Origin: an uncultured Thermofilaceae archaeon
GTDB taxonomy: Archaea; Thermoproteota; Thermoprotei; Thermofilales; Thermofilaceae
Assembly (NCBI GenBank): GCA_938036345.1
Contig: CALHPJ010000016.1
Location: forward strand, 1 to 32,000
DNA: 32,000 nt
Reading direction: 5' to 3'
Of this stretch, positions 8,601 to 17,010 are shown piece by piece (position 1 is the first letter of the stretch; every line of letters begins with the position of its first letter). Position numbers and translations under genes: made by a program. A model generated the notes under the pieces. It saw only the letters and a list, made by a program, of their open reading frames with translations, made no database searches and was not told the DNA's origin.

Positions 8601-9299
8601 ATCGATATTTTTAGAAGATTTAATAATAGAGTCAACGTCATCGACGAAGATAAAATCGAACTTTGCATTTTTTATGAGTTCAAAGTTCCTACTTAAGAAG
8701 TGGGAGGTAGTCACTAAAATTCCATAGTCCCCTCCAGCAATTCTGTTTATTACCTCTGTTTTTTCCTTTCCGCCTTTAACGATGTAAGCTGCAACTTTAA
8801 CGTTGAGTCCTAGCTTTTCTGCATACGTTGCCAGCCTATCACTTGTCTGCTTTACTAAAAGACTTGTAGGCTGAATTAAGTAGCACTTCTTACCCTTAGT
8901 GGCTAAGTACAACGCCATTATAATGCCGAATAGACTTTTACCCACTCCTGTTGGAGCTAGTATCGTGAACGACTTTCCTTTAAAAACCCTTTTTGCCCAC
9001 GTAATCTGGGCGCTCCATGGGGGATTTCCTATGGCATTCCTAAAGAATTTACTGAACTCCTGGACTGACTCCTCTTCAAGTAAAAACTCTCCGAATTTAT
9101 TTTTGCTCTCTGAGCAAGGAATGTAGTTACAGAGTTCCTTTAAAAAGCTTAATCTATCTTTTTGAACTAGCTCGAGGAGCCTTATATCGATGTCTGGCAG
9201 GCATTTTTCGCAAGGGAGACCCCTGCTGAGACGCTCGTCGGAGATCGGTCTACCGCAGCTGGGGCATTGATCTCTCACTATTAGGCGCACACAGCACAC
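5643..9299 (-). CDS. rgy: Reverse gyrase (helicase-like domain fused to a type IA topoisomerase)
   Basis: 1218 aa. It has an N-terminal Zn finger CPSCG...CEKC, Walker A APTGVGKS, FVDDVD, a Toprim box VVESPTKA, a second Zn ribbon CLNCG...CPYC, and the topo IA active-site region GLITYHRTDS. GTG start; the exact start is uncertain. Confidence 0.97.
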   Translation of the reverse strand: MCCVRLIVRDQCPSCGRPISDERLSRGLPCEKCLPDIDIRLLELVQKDRLSFLKELCNYIPCSESKNKFGEFLLEEESVQEFSKFFRNAIGNPPWSAQITWAKRVFKGKSFTILAPTGVGKSLFGIIMALYLATKGKKCYLIQPTSLLVKQTSDRLATYAEKLGLNVKVAAYIVKGGKEKTEVINRIAGGDYGILVTTSHFLSRNFELIKNAKFDFIFVDDVDSIIKSSKNIDRILLLLGLSQEAINMANKILRLTVSKSRFSEDRLHELNEARQKLKELTSNREIGVLVVSTATGRPRGLKVKLFRELLGFEIGSRTELLRNVVDSYLLVSEGDLEKHVAEVASRLGRGGLIFIQPGVSSERVEKLLTLLAEKGIKAELVTSKSKKAFSRFENGELDVLIGYATYYGLLVRGIDLPHIIRYAIFAGTPHFKFSAEVEEANPLRLLQIAQALRSVLSGSEAARLDRLTTSLRRRLRDLEIQSFRVLSEALNASKRPDGFLGQIYGQVLELRAILKELISRSEILKALEERAVASIRLMNGKPFLLIPDAPTYLQATGRTSRMFAGGISKGLSVVIADDEKLLTALQKQVSWYTDECSWVRFDELNLSKVVSEVDRDRELIISFAKGEVKQGAADIVRTALVVVESPTKARTIASFFGRPSMRKLNAINVYEVSSGGYILLIAASRGHVIDLVTDEGFWGVLVSDGKFVPIYATIKRCLNCGEQFTVPGNGYVCPYCNSTNLIDQQAVIDALREVASEIDTVFLATDPDTEGEKIAWDLYVLLKPYAKRIERIEFHEVTRRAFEEAIANPRIIDVKRVEAQLVRRIEDRWIGFSLSQKLWNAFGKQWLSAGRVQTPVLGWVIEQYEKVKKSFRTIFKLRLENGLIITLELDNLEKAASEVAKELKGSVAVIELQGVESVKMAPPPPLTTDTLLREAMQSLGFGVEETMRLAQDLFEMGLITYHRTDSPHVSSVGVGIAKSYIAEKFGEAVFRGRSWGPPGTHECIRPTRPHDADTLKALVNQGILQLARPLTNAHIRLYDLIFRRFMASQMSEAVVKIAKYNVKVKNYSKELTFYSDIVEHGFTAVYMPFKLARIEPGSYTVSEVRRRKMPAERLYTQADLVARMKEEGIGRPSTYAKIIAVLLERKYVVETKRHRLIPTRLGIDVFNYLSSEERYRQLVSVERTRKVEEIMDRIERGEVEYLRALKDFYNEVMTVVRY

Positions 9300-9427
9300 C
9301 TGTTGCAGCTTTGCATTCCATAGTACCTAAAAGATTTGCGCTCCAAAAGCGATTTAGAAAACCGAAACCGGTCAGAAATTGTATCACGTGATTGAATTCT
9401 TATGAATCGAATTCTTTAATATTATTT

Positions 9428-9433
9428 AAAAAA
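9428..9433 (-). terminator. Oligo-T tract just downstream of the por operon
   Basis: The minus strand reads TTTTTT about 10 nt after the porB stop at 9444, within an AT-rich spacer. Archaeal terminators are typically oligo-T. Confidence 0.45.
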
Positions 9434-9443
9434 TTTGATTTAT

Positions 9444-10382
9444 TTAACTAGATTTCTGGCTCAACTCTACCAATTTAAGTAACCTGTTCCAGTTCTCCTC
9501 TATATCCTGTTTCAGCTGATCCAGTAACCATTTATTCTCCGGCGCTAGTAAATGACGGAAACGGCCTTGCATTTTCAGGTATTCCTCCACCGGTCTAGGT
9601 GTTTTTACGGGAACAGTGATTCTGTAAACACCGTTATCGTTTTCGTAGAGGGGCCATACCCTAGTGAGTACTGCCAACCTAGCAATCTCAATGGATTTAT
9701 CAACATCGCTGCGCCAACCTGTTGGGCACGGGCAAAAGTAATGGAGAAGTGTAGGCCCCTCTACAGAAGCCGCTTTCACGATTTTATTATACATGTCAAC
9801 AGGATACGCTGGGTTTAACGTTGCCGCATACTTTATGCCGTGTGCAACCGCGATTTCGATTAAGTTCTTTTTCCTCTCAAGCTTGCCTGGGATCACCTTG
9901 CCAGCAGGGCTTGTAGTGGTCGCAGCCCCTCTCGGTGTTGCCCCGCTTCGCTGGATTCCAGTGTTCATGTACGCCTCGTTATCGTAGCATATGTAGAGCA
10001 TGTCGTGCCCCCTCTCGAGCGCCCCGCTTAACGCTTGAATGCCTATATCGAAGGTTCCACCGTCACCGCCGAATGCGACGACTTTGGGCCGCTTAATCCC
10101 TCTTTTCTTCTCGAGAATCCTAAACGCTGCCTCTATGCCAGCCGCGGTCGCCGCCGCGTTCTCAAAGGCGTTATGAACCCAGGGGACCCTCCAGCTAGTG
10201 TAGGGAAAAATTGTTGTAGCTACTTCCAGACAACCGGTAGCGTTTACTATAACTGCGTTCGGAATAGCTTTTAGCACCATCCTAACCAGTACTGGCACAC
10301 CACATCCTGCGCAGAGCCTATGACCTGGTGCGAATAATTCCTCCCTAGGAAGCTCTTTCACAGTTTTTATTTGCGTAACCAT
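9444..10382 (-). CDS. porB: 2-oxoacid (pyruvate-type):ferredoxin oxidoreductase, beta subunit
   Basis: TPP-binding GGDGGTFDIG, N-terminal Cys motif CAGCG, and GCLE. 312 aa. Last gene of a gamma-delta-alpha-beta operon. Substrate (pyruvate versus ketoisovalerate) cannot be decided by eye. Confidence 0.88.
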   Translation of the reverse strand: MVTQIKTVKELPREELFAPGHRLCAGCGVPVLVRMVLKAIPNAVIVNATGCLEVATTIFPYTSWRVPWVHNAFENAAATAAGIEAAFRILEKKRGIKRPKVVAFGGDGGTFDIGIQALSGALERGHDMLYICYDNEAYMNTGIQRSGATPRGAATTTSPAGKVIPGKLERKKNLIEIAVAHGIKYAATLNPAYPVDMYNKIVKAASVEGPTLLHYFCPCPTGWRSDVDKSIEIARLAVLTRVWPLYENDNGVYRITVPVKTPRPVEEYLKMQGRFRHLLAPENKWLLDQLKQDIEENWNRLLKLVELSQKSS

Positions 10383-10383
10383 C

Positions 10384-11583
10384 TTATCTCACCCCTAACC
10401 AAACCTGCCTCTCTTTAACTTCACCTGACCTTGCCGTTTCCAAAGCGATGCGGAACGCCATTTCAGCCTGTTCAGCTGTAAAGTCCCTGCCACCTAACCC
10501 GTATACCGCATTGACCAGCAGCGGCCTCTCCTTCTCATCGTAAAGTGCTGACGCTACGTCCATAAATAGCTGCGCCCCTGGGCTTCCGAAGCTGTAGCTT
10601 CTATCCATTACGACGACCGACTTGACGCGCCTCAATACCCTGGCTAACTCATCCCTCGGGAAGGGTCTGTAGAGTGTCAAGCTTACAACGCCCACCTTCT
10701 TACCTTGTTCTCTAAGCCTCCTTGCAACGAACCTGGCAGTCCCAGCCGAAGATCCCAGTACGACCAAGGCGGCTTCCGCATCCTCCATCCCATACGTTTT
10801 AATAGGCGCGTAGTTCCTTCCGCTTAGTTTGCTGTACTCCTGAAGAATGCCGAGGATGGCTGGGTAGCTGTTATTAAAAGCTTCAGCCTGAGCTCTTTTA
10901 AATTCCATGTAGTAATCGTACAGCACTAGAGGACCGTATGTCATAGGCTTCTCCACGTCTATTGTGTTGATCGGCTTCCTGGGCGGTAGAAAAGCATTGA
11001 CGCTCTCGTCGTCCAAAACGTAAAGTGCTTCAACGCCGTGGCTTAGTATAAAGCCGTCCAGGTTGACTATAACGGGGAATAAAACGCGCTCATCCTCAGC
11101 GATCCTAAATGCCTGTATAGTGAGGTCGTAGGCCTCCTGAACGTCTTCAGCGAAAAACTGAATCCATCCTGCGTCACGTACGGCGTAAGCGTCGTCGTGG
11201 CTGCAGTGAATGTTTATCGGGGCTGAGAGAGCGCGATTAGCTAAAGCCATTACTATGGGTGTTCTCATAGCTGACGCTATCCACAGTATCTCCCACATTA
11301 GTGCCAGGCCTTGGCTAGACGTGGCCGTAAAGACCCTAGCGCCGGTCAACGACGCCCCTATGCACGCTGATAAAGCTGAGTGCTCGCTCTCGACGGCAAC
11401 GCACGCCGCATTTAGCTCGCCGTTATTAACATATTCGGCGATTCTTTCCACAATAATTGTCTGCGGCGTAATTGGATAAGCTGCCACCACATCTACGTTT
11501 GACTGCTTTACTGCGTATGCAACAGCCTCGTTACCGCTCATTCCAACTCTAGTTTGCCTCCCGACTTGCACGCCTACAGCCAT
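10384..11583 (-). CDS. porA: 2-oxoacid:ferredoxin oxidoreductase, alpha subunit
   Basis: MSGNEAVAYAVKQSNVDVVAAYPITPQT... is a typical POR alpha N-terminus. 399 aa, 1-nt gap to porB. Confidence 0.88.
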   Translation of the reverse strand: MAVGVQVGRQTRVGMSGNEAVAYAVKQSNVDVVAAYPITPQTIIVERIAEYVNNGELNAACVAVESEHSALSACIGASLTGARVFTATSSQGLALMWEILWIASAMRTPIVMALANRALSAPINIHCSHDDAYAVRDAGWIQFFAEDVQEAYDLTIQAFRIAEDERVLFPVIVNLDGFILSHGVEALYVLDDESVNAFLPPRKPINTIDVEKPMTYGPLVLYDYYMEFKRAQAEAFNNSYPAILGILQEYSKLSGRNYAPIKTYGMEDAEAALVVLGSSAGTARFVARRLREQGKKVGVVSLTLYRPFPRDELARVLRRVKSVVVMDRSYSFGSPGAQLFMDVASALYDEKERPLLVNAVYGLGGRDFTAEQAEMAFRIALETARSGEVKERQVWLGVR

Positions 11584-11588
11584 GCTGC

Positions 11589-11873
11589 CTACACCCCTTC
11601 AGAAACCATCTTGATAGCCTTTACCGGGCACTCGTTTGCGCATATGCCGCACCCCTTACAGTAATCGTAGTTGATCTCCACTCTGTCGTCGTTATGCCGC
11701 GTTATCGCTGGCTCTGGGCAGTAGACCCAGCATAGAAGGCACTTAATGCACTTGGTTTGATCGATAACAGGTCTATGCGCCCTCCAATCGCCGGTTTTAT
11801 ACTGTACCGAGTTTCCAGGCTCGGAGATTACACACCCTATACCTAGGTCCCTCCAGCTCAGCAAGCTAGACAA
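11589..11873 (-). CDS. porD: 2-oxoacid:ferredoxin oxidoreductase, delta subunit (2x[4Fe-4S] ferredoxin)
   Basis: Two cluster motifs, CIKCLLCWVYCP and CKGCGICANECP. 94 aa. Overlaps the porG end by 8 nt. Confidence 0.88.
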   Translation of the reverse strand: MSSLLSWRDLGIGCVISEPGNSVQYKTGDWRAHRPVIDQTKCIKCLLCWVYCPEPAITRHNDDRVEINYDYCKGCGICANECPVKAIKMVSEGV

Positions 11874-12429
11874 TCTTACTCACCTCCTCATATGCTTTCT
11901 TTATAGCTTCTGCGTTCCTCTCAAAGGCTACGGGGCTTCTAAACCTTTCCTTAACTGCGCTCAGAACGCTTTCAAGCTTAACTAACCCCGCAGCTCTGGT
12001 GAAGGCTCCCAGCATGGGCGTATTGTAAAGCGGATTCCCAAATATGTCCATCGCTATTGTATACGCATCGACGCTCCACAGGCTTAGCCTAAGCTCCTTC
12101 GCTCTCTCCAGTAGATCACTATCTACGGTTTTCGCGTTAACGACTAGGAGACCACCTGGCTTAATACCTGAAAGTATAAGGTCGTGCAACTTTAGGAGGC
12201 TAGGATCTATCACAACTACCGCGTCCGGATTGTAGATTCCGAAGTGTTGCTCAATAGGTTCATTAGAGATTCTGGTGTACGCTCTAACGGGGGCGCCGCG
12301 TCTCTCAGGCCCAAATTCAGGGGCATGGTATACGTACTTCCCCTCCAGTACAGCGGCCCTCGCCAGCAGGTCGCTCGCTGTTACGACACCCTGACCCCCT
12401 CTGCCATGCCACCGAACCTCGTAGACCAT
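11866..12429 (-). CDS. porG: 2-oxoacid:ferredoxin oxidoreductase, gamma subunit
   Basis: RWHGRGGQGVVTASDLLA... is the typical gamma N-terminus. 187 aa, first gene of the operon. TATA-like ATTAATATAT lies on the minus strand at about 12466-12478. Confidence 0.86.
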   Translation of the reverse strand: MVYEVRWHGRGGQGVVTASDLLARAAVLEGKYVYHAPEFGPERRGAPVRAYTRISNEPIEQHFGIYNPDAVVVIDPSLLKLHDLILSGIKPGGLLVVNAKTVDSDLLERAKELRLSLWSVDAYTIAMDIFGNPLYNTPMLGAFTRAAGLVKLESVLSAVKERFRSPVAFERNAEAIKKAYEEVSKIV

Positions 12430-12536
12430 CTTCTCCCCATTACCCTCGAGGTTGCTACATATATTAATCTTGATCTCAGTCCAGCGGTCCGCAACAACAC
12501 AAAGAATTTTAAACTACTGAACAACAGTTACAATCT

Positions 12537-12977
12537 GTGGAGGAAAAAATTTTGGAGGAGCTTATGGTAACCATAGCCCAGTTTCAAAGAGACATGGAAA
12601 GAACGTTTGAAAAAATTTGGACGAGGCTGGCCACTGAACGCCCTCTGAAGCTTGGAGTATGGGAGCCGCCCGCCGACGTCGTCGAGAAGGATAACGAGAT
12701 AATCGTCTACGTTGACGTGCCGGGCTTTTCAAAGGATGACGTGAAGGTAAGGGTCACCGACGATGCCGTTGAAGTTATGGCTGAAAGGAAAGCTGAGGCT
12801 GCGGTAGGCGGTAAATACATCTTGAAACAAAGAGTTCGAGAAGCGCTCTATAAACGGATAGACTTGCCAGTAAAAGTACGGCCCGAGCAGGCTAAGGCGA
12901 GGATGGAAAACGGAGTGCTCGAGATAAGGGTACCTAAGAGCGAGGTAGTCCGCGAGGTACAAATAGTTGTTGAATAA
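12537..12977 (+). CDS. hsp20: Small heat-shock protein, Hsp20/alpha-crystallin family
   Basis: Alpha-crystallin domain WEPPADVVEKDNEIIVYVDVPGFSKDDVKVRV...NGVLEIRVPK. Alternative start ATG 12564 is preceded by GGAGGAG. GTG 12537 lies about 25 nt from the TATA-like TTTTAAA at 12506-12512. Confidence 0.88.
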   Translation: MEEKILEELMVTIAQFQRDMERTFEKIWTRLATERPLKLGVWEPPADVVEKDNEIIVYVDVPGFSKDDVKVRVTDDAVEVMAERKAEAAVGGKYILKQRVREALYKRIDLPVKVRPEQAKARMENGVLEIRVPKSEVVREVQIVVE

Positions 12978-13439
12978 ATGGCTTCACTTGAATTTAAATA
13001 CAAGAAGCTGGCAGTGGGCGGTACTTTTTCCCTCCTGCATCCCGGACACCGATACCTTCTTAGGACTGCTCTCAACTTGGGTGAGGAGGTCTTAATTGGA
13101 ATCACCAGTGATGAATACGTTCGTGAAATGGGTAAAAAACACCCAGTGGAACCTTACGAGGTACGCGCTCTGAGAGTAGTTAGGTACTGCCTTAGAATAG
13201 CGAAACCCGGCCAGCGAATAACGGTTATACCTCTTGACGACTTCGCCGGTCCAGCAAAGTACGACCCCTCTATCGAGGCTTTAATAGCTACTGAAGAGAC
13301 TTTTACTAAAGCCCTGCGCATAGCGACAGCTAGAAAAGAGGCGCCACTCGAGATTACCGTTGTGGAGCCCGTACTAGACGTTGACGGGAAGCCCCTCTCT
13401 AGCACGAAAATCTGGAACAAGCTCCCCCCACATACTTAA
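12978..13439 (+). CDS. coaD: Phosphopantetheine adenylyltransferase, archaeal type (cytidylyltransferase-like fold)
   Basis: LAVGGTFSLLHPGHRYLL carries the nucleotidyltransferase (T/H)xGH motif. 153 aa. The ATG directly abuts the hsp20 stop (TAAATG). Confidence 0.72.
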   Translation: MASLEFKYKKLAVGGTFSLLHPGHRYLLRTALNLGEEVLIGITSDEYVREMGKKHPVEPYEVRALRVVRYCLRIAKPGQRITVIPLDDFAGPAKYDPSIEALIATEETFTKALRIATARKEAPLEITVVEPVLDVDGKPLSSTKIWNKLPPHT

Positions 13440-13672
13440 CCACGTGCTGAGGACGGCTGGCGCGCATAGCGCGATGCTAACCGCATAAAGCACGCATACC
13501 AAGCGATAACCCAAGCAGCATAGATAACTAGGCCTAGCAGCGAGCGCAGCCAGCTCACCGTTAAAATTTTGAAAACTACTACTTCAACCGTGTAAAATAT
13601 AGCTAATAGCGAAAGCCAAGTGATAACAATGAGTATTGATAGAATTTTAAGCGATCTAGCCATCGTACTCAC
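13436..13672 (-). CDS. Small membrane protein (2 predicted TM helices), hypothetical
   Basis: 78 aa and hydrophobic (ILSILIVITWLSLLAIFY; LLGLVIYAAWVIAWYACF). It starts immediately after the stop of the GT4 transferase gene. GTG 13672 or ATG 13663. Confidence 0.5.
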   Translation of the reverse strand: MSTMARSLKILSILIVITWLSLLAIFYTVEVVVFKILTVSWLRSLLGLVIYAAWVIAWYACFMRLASRYARQPSSARG

Positions 13673-14674
13673 CTATGGAATTAAAAAAGCGGTTACTGCG
13701 GCTAGAAAGCTGCTGAGCGCACCTAGCAGCACCAACCTTTTAATCACTTCTCGCTCAGGCATCGGTCCATCGAGGGCCAGTATCAGTCGAGTTAAAGACA
13801 TTGGCGCACTCTGGTTAGTTGAGGAGGCCAACCTGTAGTCCGGTAGAACCTCTATGGGTCTTCCCTTCATTTCCCTATGCTCCTTTAACCCCCCCACTGA
13901 GCCCATTACCAGCACACCATTCATTATGTGCGGTAGAAGCGCTACCAGCGCAATGAACTCAAGGTTGAGAACGACTGCTGCAGCGCCTATATATGCCCCT
14001 ACAAGCAAGCTACCGGAATCTCCATTCAATATTCGAGCCGGCCACCTGTTATAAGGTAAATAGCCTACTAACGCCCCTACTAAGGGAGCCAGTAGCAGGG
14101 CGGAATCCCAACCCCCTTTCAAATAGGCTCCAATGGTTAAAGCTACCGCCGCCGAAAGCGTTGTAGCTGGCATCACGCCGTTAAACACATCCAACATATT
14201 GATCACATTGGCAGGCCCCGCTACAGCGAGGGGTAAAAGGAGCCAATAGATCACAGTTATTCTGAGCCTACCAAGGAGGGGAACTAGGGGTCTACCAAAA
14301 ACTACCTGGTCCGGCCAAACAACATGCGCGGCAACTACCGGGACGAGTGTAAACACCGTCAGCAGCGTCTTAACCTTCGCTCCCAGGACTTTGAAATCAT
14401 CAACGATACCTATCGTGAACGCTGTTACGGATGCCGCAACTATAGCGAGGACCCTCGGCAGCAGCGTTGGCCCAAGCAGTAGGGCTACTAGCGAAGCCGG
14501 GAGGGTCGCGGTAAGTATGGCTACTCCCCCGGAGTAGGGAACAAGTGGGCGGCCTGGCTTATGCACATCTGGCCTCACATGGTTAATTGCGCGCATTTTT
14601 TTCGCTATTAACGGCGTTGCAAAGTAGCCAGTTAAACACGAGATGGCCGCCACCGCGGCCCACTTTGAGATCAT
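13673..14674 (-). CDS. aglH: Glycosyltransferase family 4, dolichyl/polyprenyl-phosphate GlcNAc-1-phosphate transferase-like
   Basis: Polytopic membrane protein with MraY/WecA-family motifs IGIVDDFKVLGAKVK, NVINMLDVFNGV and NGDSGSLLVGAYIG. 333 aa. Confidence 0.8.
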   Translation of the reverse strand: MISKWAAVAAISCLTGYFATPLIAKKMRAINHVRPDVHKPGRPLVPYSGGVAILTATLPASLVALLLGPTLLPRVLAIVAASVTAFTIGIVDDFKVLGAKVKTLLTVFTLVPVVAAHVVWPDQVVFGRPLVPLLGRLRITVIYWLLLPLAVAGPANVINMLDVFNGVMPATTLSAAVALTIGAYLKGGWDSALLLAPLVGALVGYLPYNRWPARILNGDSGSLLVGAYIGAAAVVLNLEFIALVALLPHIMNGVLVMGSVGGLKEHREMKGRPIEVLPDYRLASSTNQSAPMSLTRLILALDGPMPEREVIKRLVLLGALSSFLAAVTAFLIP

Positions 14675-15615
14675 ACTTCATCTCCTAGAGTGGCCGCCGC
14701 CACTATAGGGAAGATTAAAGTGGCATCACCGGGTACGGTTACATGCTTAGCCGCGGGCTTTAGCTTCCCCCAGCTTATGGCCTCCCTCGTCCTCGCACCA
14801 CTCAAGCTACCATCCAGCTCGGTAGCTGTGGTTAAGTAAACCGCGTAGTCCAACCCTCCTTTAAACTGCGCCCACCATATTACGTGGTGCTTGCTGATGC
14901 CTCCGCCTAAAACTATGGCGCCTAGCCTTTCGGAGTCGAAGACTAGGTCGGCGATCTTGGCCATATCTCCCACTACGTCAAGCTCTATAGAGAACCCCCT
15001 TGAGCGCCCCACCTCGTTAAATGTGTAAATAGCTGTTCCAAAAGCGGAGTCGATGACACCGGGAGAGAAAACAGGTACATTCTTACTGGCAGCCGCAGCT
15101 AGTATCGAGTTCGCATCGGAAATCCTTACACCAGCTTCTCTGGCAAGCTCGCTGGGTGTCCACTTCGACTTCCTTGCAACTAGCTCCTCAAGAAGTCTGT
15201 GGGTAAACTCCTCGATTATGGGACCATAGCTATCCCTAGGCACCAGCACATTACCTAGCCTATGTATGTTAAAACGGGAGAGCATCAGGTCGTCCATTTC
15301 GAAATCCCCCCTGTAGTAAGCACCCCCGAGAGCTCTGGCAATATCGTGATCGAACGCTCCACCGGTAGTAATTATCGCGTCTGCGAATCCGCTCCTCACC
15401 AGCGCGGCTATTGCCCCTCTAAGCCCTGTAGCCACCATGTTCGCGGTAAAAGCCAAGAAGACTGTGCAGTTCTCGTCCTTCACCATTTCCTTAATCACGC
15501 TTACAGCCTTTGACACGTACCTGGAGCTAAATCCTCCCATCTTCTCGTACAGCTTGACTAGCTTCGAGGAGCAATCGGCTAATTCCACTAAATCATGCAA
15601 GCTTATGTCCTCCAC
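14671..15615 (-). CDS. dys: Deoxyhypusine synthase
   Basis: FLAFTANMVATGLR, AIITTGGAFDHDI and IVLGGGISKHHVIW match DHS signature regions. 314 aa. The stop overlaps the next gene's start by 4 nt (ATGA). Confidence 0.88.
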   Translation of the reverse strand: MEDISLHDLVELADCSSKLVKLYEKMGGFSSRYVSKAVSVIKEMVKDENCTVFLAFTANMVATGLRGAIAALVRSGFADAIITTGGAFDHDIARALGGAYYRGDFEMDDLMLSRFNIHRLGNVLVPRDSYGPIIEEFTHRLLEELVARKSKWTPSELAREAGVRISDANSILAAAASKNVPVFSPGVIDSAFGTAIYTFNEVGRSRGFSIELDVVGDMAKIADLVFDSERLGAIVLGGGISKHHVIWWAQFKGGLDYAVYLTTATELDGSLSGARTREAISWGKLKPAAKHVTVPGDATLIFPIVAAATLGDEV

Positions 15616-15654
15616 GCGCTCCCTCAGTAACTCCTCTCTTTGCGGCAGATCTTC

Positions 15655-16125
15655 TCACCTTTCGTACAAGTAAATTCGATGGGACCTTCCTCCATCTCTG
15701 AAGTCTTCAACTATCTTCGGCTTCCAACCGATTATCTCGAAGTCGTGGGAAACTATCCTGGCCCCCATTTTAGCCTCTTTTTCCAGCTTCGGCCTCAACC
15801 TCTCGTTGACTGACGTGAGAAGGTACATGAAGATTACATCTGCCGGGGGGAGCTTTAGCTCGAAGAAATTCCCTTGGATCACTAGGACTCTGTCCTGAAC
15901 GCCCTCGTGGATCACGTTGCGCACAGCTCTACTCACCAGGTCGCTCCGGAGTTCAATCCCAATCGCCCGCGCGCCAAATTCCTTAGCTGCTGTTACTAGA
16001 ACTCTGCCATCTCCACAACCTAAATCGAGCAAGACCTCACCGGGCTTTAGCTCGGCAAGCTTCAACATCTTCCTAACCACTTCGATCGGTGTCGGTACAA
16101 ACGGAACTGAGACGTAATAGCTCAT
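15655..16125 (-). CDS. Class I SAM-dependent methyltransferase, substrate unknown
   Basis: Motif I VLLDLGCGDGRVLV and post-I acidic GIEL. 156 aa. Confidence 0.75.
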   Translation of the reverse strand: MSYYVSVPFVPTPIEVVRKMLKLAELKPGEVLLDLGCGDGRVLVTAAKEFGARAIGIELRSDLVSRAVRNVIHEGVQDRVLVIQGNFFELKLPPADVIFMYLLTSVNERLRPKLEKEAKMGARIVSHDFEIIGWKPKIVEDFRDGGRSHRIYLYER

Positions 16126-16191
16126 ACCCCTCAGAGGTTAATACAAGGCCCTGGATAAAATCTTCGTTATTATGCCAACTTTAAAAATGAG

Positions 16192-16297
16192 TGGCGCCGG
16201 GGCCGGGATTCGAACCCGGGCGGCCAGTAGGCCAACGGGTGTTTGCAAATTTACCTTAGCAACCCGTCCCCTTGGACCTTCTCTCGGGCACCCCGGC
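16192..16297 (-). tRNA. tRNA-Ser(GCU) with a 16-nt intron at or next to 37/38; CCA encoded
   Basis: Hand fold of the reverse complement: GCCGGGG-TG-CCCGAGAGAAGGTCCAAGGG-G-ACGGG-TTGCTA[AGGTAAATTTGCAAAC]A-CCCGT-TGGCCTACTGGCCGC (long variable arm)-CCGGGTTCGAATCCCGG-CCCCGGC-G-CCA. Confidence 0.85.
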
Positions 16298-16435
16298 TTT
16301 GCACGAGTTAGCCAATTGGGAGGAATATATTGTTTACTTTGCGCAATAGCTTGTCCAGCCGACCCTTTACGCAGAATTTCCCGTGGTCATGCCCGGCAGC
16401 ACTGAAAACATTAAAGTCGAGGAAACCAAATCCTA

Positions 16436-16447
16436 CTAATGCTTATA
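16436..16447 (+). promoter_or_regulatory. tRNA-Arg(GCG) promoter core containing a TATA box
   Basis: CTAATGCTTATA ends 26 nt before tRNA position +1. The identical 12-mer recurs at 19129-19140 upstream of the twin tRNA-Arg. Confidence 0.6.
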
Positions 16448-16472
16448 TACCTAAGTTGAGAGCAGAGGAGAG

Positions 16473-16564
16473 GGGCCCGTGGCCTAGCTTGGAAAGGCGT
16501 CGACCCGCGGTGGGGCGCAAGCCTGCGGAGCCGGAGAACCCGGGTTCAAGTCCCGGCGGGCCCG
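16473..16564 (+). tRNA. tRNA-Arg(GCG) with an 18-nt intron in the anticodon stem (between positions 29/30); no encoded CCA
   Basis: Hand fold: GGGCCCG-TG-GCCTAGCTTGGAAAGGC-G-TCG[ACCCGCGGTGGGGCGCAA]GC-CTGCGGA-GCCGG-AGAAC-CCGGGTTCAAGTCCCGG-CGGGCCC-G. The stem UCGGC/GCCGG forms only after the 18 nt are removed. Confidence 0.82.
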
Positions 16565-16610
16565 CTGCACTCGTAATAGCAAGCCCCTAAGCTTGGTTAC
16601 GGCTAAATCG

Positions 16611-16937
16611 TTACTTTACCTGCCCCTTTCCTTTCAGTGGGTATCTCCGAATGTAGCCGCACCGAAGACAGGTTACCACTATTTTGGTACCTCCGCACCC
16701 CTTCTTTACTCTAATACGGGCTGTATAGCCCGGGATGAGAGGTACCTTACACCTTCTACAGTACCGCCTCTTTACTTCCCTCGGAAGCTTAAGGCGGGCT
16801 TTAGCCGCTATTCTGAAAGCTAACTGTACGTAACGTTTAGCTAGCTCCTCATCCTTTCTAAGAACATCACTGGCTAGATTCAGGAGAATGCGAACTCTCT
16901 CTCCGGCTATACGCTTTACCTCATAGCGTGAAGCCAC
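16611..16937 (-). CDS. rnp4: RNase P protein component 4 (Rpp21/Rpr2 family)
   Basis: ERVRILLNLA...LAKRYVQLAFRIAAKARLKLPREVKRRYCRRCKVPLIPG...RIRV...VVTCLRCGYIRRYP: a helical N-terminus plus a CxxC...CxxC zinc ribbon. 108 aa, GTG start. Confidence 0.85.
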   Translation of the reverse strand: MASRYEVKRIAGERVRILLNLASDVLRKDEELAKRYVQLAFRIAAKARLKLPREVKRRYCRRCKVPLIPGYTARIRVKKGCGGTKIVVTCLRCGYIRRYPLKGKGQVK

Positions 16938-17010
16938 GCTGCTACACCTCGAACCCTGCCTGGAGGTTCAACGGTAATGGTTATAACCCCTCTCTCACAG
17001 ATAGGGTGAG

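Noticed and set aside
6118-9126. Five plus-strand ORFs (6118-6363, 7348-7797, 7894-8082, 8098-8574, 8899-9126)
   Set aside because: All are antisense shadows inside the 1218-aa reverse gyrase gene. They are Ser/Leu-rich and have no motifs.
16298-16472. Possible C/D-box sRNA in the spacer between the divergent tRNA-Ser and tRNA-Arg genes
   Set aside because: A CTGA (D-box-like) sequence is present, but I found no RUGAUGA C-box on either strand at a suitable distance. The spacer is adequately explained by two divergent TATA promoters.
16172-16590. ORFs 16172-16405 and 16330-16590
   Set aside because: They run across tRNA-Ser, the divergent tRNA promoter spacer and tRNA-Arg(GCG). The Gly/Pro/Arg-rich translations come from GC-rich tRNA sequence.
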